From positions 117,032-181,031 of the forward strand of contig NIVC01001045.1 of the NCBI GenBank assembly GCA_002269645.1: 64,000 bases of DNA, read 5' to 3'. The translations under genes were made by a program, and so were the position numbers. This document shows positions 26,836 through 37,386 of this stretch, piece after piece (within the stretch, counting starts at the first letter, position 1; each line of letters begins with the position of its first letter). The stretch comes from Macrostomum lignano. Taxonomy: Eukaryota. A model generated the notes under the pieces. It was given only the letters and a program-made list of their open reading frames with translations, did no database searches and had not been told where the DNA came from.

Positions 26836-28436
26836 AAAATCATAAAAATCAAAAATTAAATGCAGCTATAATGCTGTGCTGGGGAGAAAAACTGAGACGT
26901 AAAGGCTCTCAGAGAATAACTGCTGAGATTACGGGGGGGGGTTTCTGAGATGTCAAAGCAAAAGTCAGAAGCTACTTCAAAGTTCATGTACTTTACTCAA
27001 TTTTTTTATTGCATTCTTTGTTGGCTCGCCACGGGAGGCGCTTATAGAAGAAGAGTCATGTAAAAAATAAAAGTAGCACTTCGAGCGTATGTACGAGCTA
27101 TACATAAAAGAAAAGTCATGTTCAAGTTAAAAGATTCATTTGGGAATTGCTACGATGTCAAAGCTTGGTGGAAATCGTTATAGTGCTGTGATTCTTAAAG
27201 AAGGAATCACTAAAATGTCAAGGCTTAGGGGAGAAGAATTGCTGAGATTTCAAGGCTTTAGGTTGGGTTAAAGTTAGGTTTAGGTCAGGTGTGGGTTGAG
27301 GGTTATATTTTATCGGGTTTCAAGGTTAACAGAATAACAGGGGATTTTTTAGATTTCAAGGTTTATGGAGGCCATCGCTGACATGTTGAGGCTTACGGGG
27401 GGAATAGCTGAGATGTCAAGGCTCACGGGGTATAAATGAGATTTCAAGGCTAAAGTCAGAAGCTACATGTAGTTTATTGAAAACTTTTTATTACATTATT
27501 TGATGCCTCCTCAGGGGAGGGATCGCTGATAAAAAAAGCGTAATGTAAAAAATAAAAGAAGCTTCATGTCGAAGTTAAGAGATTCATTTGGGAATCCCTA
27601 CGATGTCGAGGCTTGCAGGAAATCGCTATAATGCTGTAGTAGTGCTATAGTGACTCTTAGAGAGAATTACTGAAATTTCAATGTTAGGTTAGGGTTAGGG
27701 TTAGGGTTAGGGCTAGGGTTAGGGTTAGGGTTAGGCTAGGGTTAGAAGGTTGACAGATATTTTTAGATTTCCAAGGCTTATTGGGGGCATTGCTGAGATG
27801 TCAAGGGGGGAAGTTGCTATGTCAAAGCTTGTGGGGGGGGAATTACTGACATGTCAAGGCTTACAAGGTTTGACAGGAGATTTTTTAAGATTTCAAGGAT
27901 ACATGTAGCTTATTAAAAAAACGTGTATTGCATTTATTTGGCTCCCCAACGGGGGGCGTAGATTGCTAGTCCTATATACTAAAAATGAGTTGTCTGTGGG
28001 TATGCGATAGATTTCAGAAAAATTGGCTCAACCGATTTTCTTCAAACTTGCACCATTCATTCAGAAATTTTCCTGGCACGGTACATGCATCTTGGCTAAG
28101 AAATTGCTAAATGCTAAAGGGATTAAATATTCGAAAAACATGCTTTTTTGCAAAGGTCAAGCAAAATTTTCGACTTAAAATGCATTTTAAGAATGCTAGA
28201 GAAAAAACTGACTGGCTGAATTCTGATTGTGGTAATGATTGCATCACAACAAGTTCAAAACAGTGCCGAAGAAATGCACACAAGACTTGATTGTAATTGC
28301 GTAACCATATTGCTAACTTGAATTGAGACTGATACTGGCTGACTGAGAAATTGATTATGTCATAACTTTTTACTCTAACCGATTTGCTATAAGAATTTAA
28401 TTATAAGGGCCACAATTCATGTACTCCAATTGACAA

Positions 28437-28493
28437 GAGATAGCATAGATGCGAACAGACTGGACTGCTAATGCAGCGACCTGGGTTCGAATC
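28437..28493 (+). promoter_or_regulatory. tRNA-derived Pol III-like cassette, copy 4
   Basis: TAGCATAGATG...GGACTGCTAAT...GGGTTCGAATC (tRNA-Ser(GCU)-like anticodon arm), T7 at ~28510. Confidence 0.6.
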
Positions 28494-28563
28494 TTAGCTG
28501 TGCAAAAAGATTTTTTTATTCAAAAACCTTAAAAACACAAAATGCTAAACACAAAAAAGCACA

Positions 28564-31495
28564 ATGTCAAACATTAAAGAGCCACCATGTCGAACATATA
28601 TGTGACTTCATGTCAAACATTAAAGAGCCATCATGTCGAACATTAAAGAGCCACCATGTCAAACATTAAAGAGCCACCATGTCAAACATTAAAGAGTCAT
28701 CATGTCGAACATTAAAGAGCCACCATGTCTAACATTAAAGAGCCACCATGTCGAATATTAAAGAGCCACCATGTCTAACATTAAAGAGCCACCATGTCGA
28801 ACATTAAAGAGCCACCATGTCTAACATTAAAGAGCCACCATGTCCAACATACTGTATATGTGACTTCATGTCAAACATTAAAGAGCCACCATGTCTAACA
28901 TTAAAGAGTCACCATGTCTAACATTAAAGAGCCACCATGTCTAACATTAAGGAGCCACCATGTCTAACATTAAAGAGCCACCATTTCAAACATTAAAGAG
29001 CCATCATGTCGAACATTAAAGAGCCACCATGTCAAACATTAAAGAGCCACCATGTCAAACATTAAAGAGCCATCATGTCGAACATTAAAGAGCCACCATG
29101 TCTAACATTAAAGAGCCACCATGTCGAATATTAAAGAGCCACCATGTCTAACATTAAAGAGCCACCATGTCGAACATTAAAGAGCCACCATGTCAAACAT
29201 TAAAGAGCCACCATGTCCAACATATATGTGACTTCATGTCAAACATTAAAGAGCCACCATGTCTAACATTAAAGAGCCACCATGTCAAACATTAAAGAGC
29301 CACCATGTCGAACATTAAAGAGCCACCATGTTGAACATTAAAGAGCCACCATGTCGAACATCAAAGAGCCACCATGTCGAACATAAAAGAGCCACCATGT
29401 CAAACATAAAAGAGCCACCATTTCAAACATTAAAAAGCCATCATTACAGACATTAAGGTGCCACCAGGTCAAACATTAAAGAGCCACCATGTCTAACATT
29501 AACCAGTCACCATGTCAAGTATATTCGTGACTCCATGTCAAACATCAAAGAGCCATCATGCCAAACATATAAGAGCCACCATGTCGAAAATAAAAAAGCC
29601 ACCATGTAGAACATTAAAGAGCCTTCATGTCAAACATAAAAGAGCCAACACGTCAAACATTAAAGAGGCACCATGTCATGCATTAAAGGACCACCATTTC
29701 AAAAATTAAAGAGCCACCATGTCGAAGATTAAAGAGCCACCATGTCTAACATTAAAGAGCCACCATGTCAAATATTAAAGAGCCACCATTTCAAACATTA
29801 AAGAGCCATCATTACATTAAGGTGCCACCAGGTCAAACATTAAAGAGCCACCATGTCAAACATTAACGAGTCACCATGTCAAGTATATTCGTGACTCCAT
29901 GTCGAACATTAAAGAGCAACCATGTCAAGCATTAAAGAGCCACCATGTCAAACATTAAAGAGCCACCATGTCGAACATTAAAGAGCCACCATGTCAAACA
30001 TTAAAGAGCCACCATGTAGATCATTAAAGAGCCACCATGTCAAACATATACGTGACTACATGTCAAACATATACGTGACTCCCTGTCTAACATTAAAGAG
30101 CCACCATGTAAAACATATACATATGACTACATAACAAACATTAAACAGCCACCATGTCGAACATTAAGGAGCCATCATGTCGAACATAAAAGAGCCACCA
30201 TGTCAAACAATAAAGAGCCACTATGTCAAACATAAAAGAGCCACCATGTAAAGCATATACGTGACTCCATGTCAAACACATACGTGACTCCATGTGAAAC
30301 ATTAAAGAGCCACCATGTCAAACATTAAAGAGCCACGATGTCGAACATTTAAGAGCAACATGTTAAACATAAAAGAGCCACCATGTCGAAAATTAAAGAG
30401 CCACCATTTCAAGCATAAAATAGCCACTATGTCAAACATTAAAGAGCCACCATGTCAAACATATACGTGACTACATGTCAAACATATACGTGACTCCATG
30501 TCAAACATTAAAGAGCCACCATGTCGAACATTAAACAGTCACCATGTGAAGCATATACGTGACTCCATGCCAAAAACATACATGACTCCATGTCAAACAT
30601 TAAAGAGCCACCATGTCACACATTAAAGAACCACCATGTTGAACATTAAAGAGCCACCATTTCAAGCATAAAAGAGCCACTATGTCAAACATTAAAGAGC
30701 CACCATGTCAAACATATACGTGACTACATGTCAAACATATACGTGACTCCATGTCAAACATTAAAGAGCCACCATGTCGAACATTAAAGAGTCACCATGT
30801 AAAGCATATACGTGACTCCATGCCAAAAACATACATGACTCCATGTCAAACATTATAGAACATTAAAGAGCCACAATGTAGAACATTAAAGAGTCACCAT
30901 GTAAAGCATATACGTGACTCCATGCCAAAAACATACATGACTCCATGTCAAACATTATAGAACATTAAAGAGCCACAATGTAGAACATTAAAGAGCCATG
31001 ATGTCAAACAATAAAAAGCCATCGTTTCAAACAATAAAGAGCCACAATGTAGAACATTAAAGAGCCACCATGTCGAACATTAAAGAGCCACAATATGTAG
31101 AACATTAAAGAGCCACAATGTCAAACATTAAAGAGCCATCATGTCAAACAATAAAGAGCCACCATGTCGAACAGTAAAGAGCCACCATGTCGAACATTAA
31201 AGAGCCACCATGTCGAACGTTAAAGAGCCACCATGTCGAACATTAACGAGCCACGATGTCAAACATAAAAGAGCTACCAAGTTAGACATAGAAGAGCCAC
31301 CATGTGAAACATATATGTGACTCTATGTCAAACATTAAAGAGCCACCGTTTCTAGCATTAAGGAGCCACCATGACAAACATAAAACTGGCACGATGTCAA
31401 ACATTAAAGAGCCACCATGTAGAACATTAAAGAGTCACCATGCCAAACATTAAAAAGCCACCAATTCAAACATAAAATAGCCACCATTTCAAACA
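28564..31495. repeat. 23-bp minisatellite (AACATTAAAGAGCCACCATGTCA)
   Basis: More than 100 copies, interspersed with a CATATACGTGACTCCATGT variant unit. Confidence 0.95.
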
Positions 31496-31598
31496 CAGGA
31501 GAGACATTTTCAAACGTAATAAGAAGCGTCATGCCAATCATAAAGGAGCCCCTAGAAAGCTAAAAGGAAATGTTGCACTATATACTTTTTGTCTGGTG

Positions 31599-31942
31599 GA
31601 TGCTTGCTATTTAAGGATAGATACTTGCTATCAATTGGACGCTTGCTATCTGGGGGTTCTTTCTATCTGGGGTGCTTACTATCTGAGGGATGCTTGCTAT
31701 CTGGGGTGCTTGCTATCTGGGGGTGCTTGCTATCTGGGGGTGCTTGCTATCTGGGGGTGCTTGCTATCTGGGGGTGCTTGCTATCTGGGGGTGCTTGCTA
31801 TCTGGGGGTGCTTGCTATCTGGGGGTGCTTGCTATCTGGGGGTGCTTGCTATCTGGGGGTGCTTACTATCTGGGGGTGCTTGCTATCTGGGGGTGCTTGC
31901 TATCTGGGGGTGCTTGCTATCTGGGGATGCTTGCTATCTGGG
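31599..31942. repeat. (GGGGTGCTTGCTATCT) ~17-18-bp repeat near the Helitron 3' end
   Basis: About 18 tandem copies. Confidence 0.92.
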
Positions 31943-33557
31943 AGGAGGGGGGATGTTTGCTGTCTTGGGATGTTTTCTTTTTGCATTGCGCTTCATTTGA
32001 GCAGTTTTTCTATTGTCTTTGTGAAGACTCTATTTGGCGGGTTTTTTTTTATTTGTAGAGAACAGAAGTTCTATCCAGATGTCCCCCATCGGGGGGCGAA
32101 GATTGCTAGTATGCTAGCTAAATTGCATGAAACATGACAATCTTCGCTGCCCAAAATCAAATGCAATCATTGATTGTGTGATGAAAATATAGGATTTTTG
32201 TGTCCTCGAAGCAAATATTTTTCAAAGTAAATGGGCCTGGCCTTCAAAATTACAAAAATCTTCTGAAAGTAGCGTCGCTTGAAAAACTGCTGGTGGTCAA
32301 TGTTCTTCAAGCACATACATGTACGAGTATATGCAACTTAATAATGTAATGCCTATGATAACGCTGTACATGCATCTACACAAACATGCATGTAAGCAAT
32401 TCTCCATCAGTAATAAATAAGCATATAGTGTAGAAGTCAGGATTACATATTCGTATGCGTAATTTAACTGTTACCGTTAGCTTACAATTTACTTTAACCA
32501 ACATGCTATTAGCTTATGCTTATTTAATTTAATCACACTGTATTTCGCCCTAATACGTCAGTATACGTTTTAATTATATATGCTTTCTCTTCCCCAGTAT
32601 GTGTAGCAAACTGCGACCTGCAATATCACACTCTGCCGAGTCAGATTTCGACTATTTTTTACACGTCTCCATGTATACAATGTATGTACAATAGCTATAA
32701 GCTATATGCGTAGCTATATTGCACCGTTGAATACAACATCCAAAAAAGCAAAAATGAAGACGTAAAGTTTGAGTAACGGTGCATGCGCTCGCGATCGATA
32801 ATTGACGCGTTAATACGCTCGTATATACTTGAATTATCTCGATCGCTTATAGCAGCAATTATTATACTTAATCCGTTAATTGTTTTTTAAACGACGGACT
32901 CATGGATATGACAAAATCAAATTCTAAAATTACAAATTACCATTTTTCTGTGGCATTGCATGGACTTCGCACTTTTTATCGCCCATATTCTCGAGCATGC
33001 TGAGAACACTGCGTACTGTATGAGTAGCCGCACCGGTTACATGCGTGCATTTGCACTACCAAAACATCTACTACGTATGGCCATTTTAGTACAAATTTAC
33101 ATGCGCATGTAATATATTAGTACATACATGTAAAACACTGTGCATATACAAGTAAATGTACATACGTAGACCCTAATTGACTACTACTAGTGATGCATAT
33201 AGGTGATATAGCGTTTGAACAGTGTGAGAAATTCGTTAACGCATATACAGAGTACATGTACATTGTGCAAAGCGTAGATGTGCATCTTGTTCGAGGGCAG
33301 TCTGAATCAAGGACGACTTAAGTGTGCATGTTAAACATAGCCCTAACAACTTAGGGACAACTAAAACAATTTAGTTTTAGTTGTCACTAATATAAATACT
33401 CAAGTTGATCGACTTAATTGTCATTTATTGGAATCAATATTATAAACTATACAATATAATTGGCAATAATGCAACGGCCTGGCGTTTAAAATCTTTTAAT
33501 TCACATACATGGCAAAAATTGAGCCAGGTACCGAATGAATAGCTACAGTGCCTGTAC

Positions 33558-35278
33558 CAGGGACTACTCAAACATCGGGACGGGAAACTAGGCAAATCAT
33601 GGCGAAGTTTTTTGCGAGGCTGGTTTGTTAGCAGCTGACGAGGCTGACTGGCTTATTTGTATAGAGCGATACTTTGTTGTCTATGGTTATTTTCTATTAT
33701 TTGAAGCTTGTGATACCGTTATTTCCACTGCAGTCTAGCCGGGATGCTTGCATTATATTATAGCAGCTAAGTTTCTGGCAGACGCGTAGGACAGGCTCGA
33801 TTTTTCTGCTTGTGTTGTTGGCATCAATGCCAAGAAAGTGCAGCGTTGTTGGCTGCAAGTCAAATTACGAGTCCGAACGATTAGCTACGAAAGCGTCCAT
33901 CTGTTTCCGAAGGACTCGGTTGAGCGAGAGCGATGGAAAAAGGCCCTGCCGAACATCCTAGAGGTAGGCGCTATTTACTATAAGGTAAATTGTGCTAAAA
34001 TATTATATATATGCAAATTTTTCCTTTATTCGCAAGTGTTTTTTCCTTTATTCCGCCTTTCAGTCCGTAACAGATCACATGGGAATCTGCGCCAAACACT
34101 GGCCACCGGACACAACAATGGTGAAAAAGCGACGATTTGAGGCACCAAAGGATCCGCCTTCTATTTTCAATGGTGTTCCTCTGTCTTGCCTGGTCCAGAA
34201 CCAAGGTATGACTATATACTTTGAATACGTATTTGTACTTTAGACTTTAGCATTTGGTTCATATAATCTAAACTTCCTCAAAGTTCCCACCATAAATCTT
34301 TTTACATTTTAGATCGCAATAGGGATGTGAAGACGAGAGGTGTTCTCTCTGACGCACGAGGTGGCTTAGCGGATGAATTAGAGGAGTTTCAGCTGAGCGA
34401 CACCTCAGCGAAATTGCGTTCTGATGTTCGATGAAATGTACGTACAACCTTCCATTCGATACCGGTGCAAACATCTGATGGGACGTGATATAGCGACGAT
34501 CACAGTCAGGCTGCACGAACAGTTCTAGCCATCATGGTAAAGCCTCTTTTAGATGGAAAGCCGTTTGTCATGTGATTAGTGCCCATTTTTCTTCTGGCTG
34601 CAGACTTTCTTCGACATCAGCTCACTCACCCGTTTGTGCAACGAGAGTGCAGACACACAACTATAGCTGAAAATTTCTTCCATTACATTGACTTCAACGT
34701 CCAAGGTGTGGCACGAAGAGCAACAAACACATTCTTTAAGGGACTTGTCCGGAGATCATCGAAGGTGGCTCCATCATCCGTCACCGTTCAAGAGAGAAAG
34801 ACAAAAAACTTAGAAGCGCTTGATATTGCGGAACAGACAAGTTCACATCTACTGAGTATTCCCGACTATTTAATGCTTAAATCTGTTAAATATTTTTTTC
34901 GCATCTGTTCATTTTCCCGTCTGTGTATATATATGTTCAAACTTCACATATTTTAATGCTCACATCCACTGTGTGAGTTAACTTTTTATTGTTCGTCTGT
35001 TCCATGTTCACTATTCACCCCTTACAAATAGCCCTCAATGTTACCTTATATGTTTTATGAATTATATTTCCAATGAACTTTCAAGTAAATATACACAGTT
35101 CATAAATGCACATGAATATTAAAATTCACAGATATAATAAAATATAAAATTTATTGAAGATTTATTGAAATATTGAAATAGCTACTGCTGCATTGGCGCG
35201 GCCATAGATTTAAGCAGCCTCGTAAAAACTTCGCCATGATTTGCCTAGTTTCCCGTCCCGATGTTTGAGTAGTCCCTG
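33558..35278 (+). mobile_element. Internally deleted P-element-superfamily DNA transposon
   Basis: ~65-bp TIRs (CAGGGACTACTCAAACATCGGGACGGGAAACTAGG... / reverse complement ending AGTCCCTG); perfect 8-bp TSD GCCTGTAC at 33550-33557 and 35279-35286. Confidence 0.93.
33827..34823 (+). pseudogene. THAP-domain P-type transposase remnant
   Basis: MPRKCSVVGC..(fs)..HLFPKD..RERWKKALP / CAKHW..PPSIF (THAP C2CH, split by GT-AG introns 33964-34063 and 34206-34312); CVLMFDEMYVQPSIRY and ARTVLAIMVKPL resemble the P transposase catalytic region; deletions, frameshifts and a stop are present. Confidence 0.85.
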
Positions 35279-36373
35279 GCCTGTACATGCGAAACATGAT
35301 TTAAAGCATGATTTGATGAATGCACGTATAAATGCTAACGTAAGCACCTTTGACATTCTAATGATATCATTATTAGTTCTTGTAAAATGGTTTTAGAAGA
35401 TTTCAAGAGGATATTTTTGTTCACAGAATCATATTATTTTTAATTACTGAATTAGTTTTGTTAATAATAAAAAATTTTTCTATCTGGAAACTTCTAACAA
35501 TAGAAACTGTAGAATCTAGCGGAATTTTGTTAACATTAACGATTAAAACAAAAAATAAAATAATAATATAATAATGTATAATGTAATAATAATAATGCGT
35601 GAGTAAATATATTGTATAAACGTTATCCTATGATACTAATTAAAAAGCAAGTTTTTTGAATTTTTAATGTGTCAAAATTAAAAACGACTTAACATTTTTT
35701 GTGCTGACTCAGTTTCCTGTAAACGCTATCTTAGAAACCATTTTCGCATTCGCAGTGTGTCAGTAATTCAGTAGTACTTAATGTACTTTGATCGTATGAT
35801 TTATTAGCCTGGGCTAATCGTGTTTTTATGCATACCTATTTATGCTTAGAATGTTATGTTTAGAGCCAAACTAAACTTACTGTTATTTTATGCCTCAGTG
35901 TCTATTTATTTTCTGCCTAAATTTAACCCATACTACCCCCATAGTTTGGTGTTTTGTTTGGCTATATACAGTTAGTGACTTGGGATCTAACACATCTTTG
36001 TCATGTTATTCTTATTCCAATCATGTCATTAGCTTGCTGCCTTAGTGGCAACAAATGTTTATAAAGTTGCAAAAATGCTGACCCAAAAATACAAATGTAG
36101 TACTAATTAGACAATAAGGCATTTTGCCTTGATAGAGAATGATAGTACACTAGTACAGTCACAGTTACTTCTGCCCTGACGTCCTGACGTTTACCTAAAA
36201 TTGTGTTAATTTTGCTTTAGGGTTTCTTTTATATGTAAGTCACATATTTGGTCAAAAATTAAGTTACATAGCCAGTTAAAATTAGATAGATGGCTGCATT
36301 GCATAGGCCTATGTATATATATGTAATAGATAAATAACATCTAATTAAAGAAACACAGTCATCCATTAAACAG

Positions 36374-37386
36374 GAATTCTGGTTGTTTCGCCCCCAAACC
36401 ATTTCGGCCATGGACATTTCACCCCTACCCTAGACCATTTCACCCATAGTCCGTTTCACCCATAAACCAGTTTGGCCATGGACCGTTTCACCTCTAATTT
36501 GGGCATGGGTATTAATATACTATTATGTATTAACTAGAGATACAGCTGTACATGTTTTTTTTCAATGCTAATTTTTAGTTTTAATGTGTAATAAAATATG
36601 ATCTGAATTGTTGCCACAAAATTGTGCTATTGTGTTATTGCAATTTTGTTTATTACAATTGTGAATTATTACAAGTTTTTTAAAGTCATTCCTTTCAAAG
36701 GTACAAGGCAAGGTAATTAGGCCAGAAATATTTGGACTAGAGCGTTATGGACATACAAACCTTAGAGATTTAGTATATTTGGATTGGATTGTTGGTGCTT
36801 TAGCCCCTGGAATGGGGGTGGCTACTAAAGGTCAGACAGGATCCCAATCCCAATCCCGAAATCTCGGGATCCCGAGGAAAATTGAATTCCCGCGGGACCA
36901 GAATCCCAACCCTAAAAAACTCAAGATTCGGGAACAGGTCTTTCGATTAATAATTTATAGAATTAGTGATTACTTGAAGGTATTTTGCTTTAACTTGTAC
37001 TCGTTACATTATTTACTTTGTTGGTTACAAAACTTCACATCAATTTCGTTGTGTTTTACTTCTTGATCTTAACAATCTTTTCTCAATTTTGTTTAACTTT
37101 ACATGGACAATACATTAAAAGACCTGATCCCAATCCCGAAATCCCAAGGTTCAATAGTAGCCGACCTCTAGTGGCTACTATTGAACCTTGCTTTTAATAA
37201 ATCTTATCGTTGGTTGTTAGTGCTCTTGGCACTTTTGCCTCATCTTGCATACTCTCAGCTCACGACTTTGTTCTTGGAGGCAAATTGGAGGCAAAACGTT
37301 CCATGGCCGAAATGGTTTGTGGCAAAATAGTCTGGGGGCAAAATATCCATGGCCAAAACAGTTTATGGGCAAAACGACCAGTTACC
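36374..37386. mobile_element. Non-autonomous TIR element (MULE-like) with subterminal repeats and nested inserts
   Basis: Left CATTTC(G/A)CC-type repeats versus inverted GGC(A/C)AAA-type repeats on the right, ending CAGTTACC; flanking direct repeat TTAAACAG at 36366-36373 and 37387-37394. Confidence 0.6.

Larger units (their letters stand above)
24641..27969 (+). mobile_element. Non-autonomous Helitron, unit 2
   Basis: Starts TCCTAAATACTAAAAATGG immediately after the unit-1 CTAG; (CTGT/CTAT) microsatellite in the head; ends CCCC-AAC-GGGG hairpin...CTAG (27966-27969). Confidence 0.88.
27970..32109 (+). mobile_element. Non-autonomous Helitron, unit 3
   Basis: Starts TCCTATATACTAAAAATG directly after CTAG; ends CCCCC-ATC-GGGGG hairpin...CTAG|T (T at 32110). 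Confidence 0.88.

Noticed and set aside
19558-28493. Functional tRNA genes
   Set aside because: No convincing acceptor stem or full cloverleaf could be folded, and the copies disagree at the anticodon, so they are treated as tRNA-derived cassettes.
22158-31495. CRISPR-like regular 23-bp repeats
   Set aside because: The units are contiguous with no unique spacers, there are no cas genes, and the context is eukaryotic.
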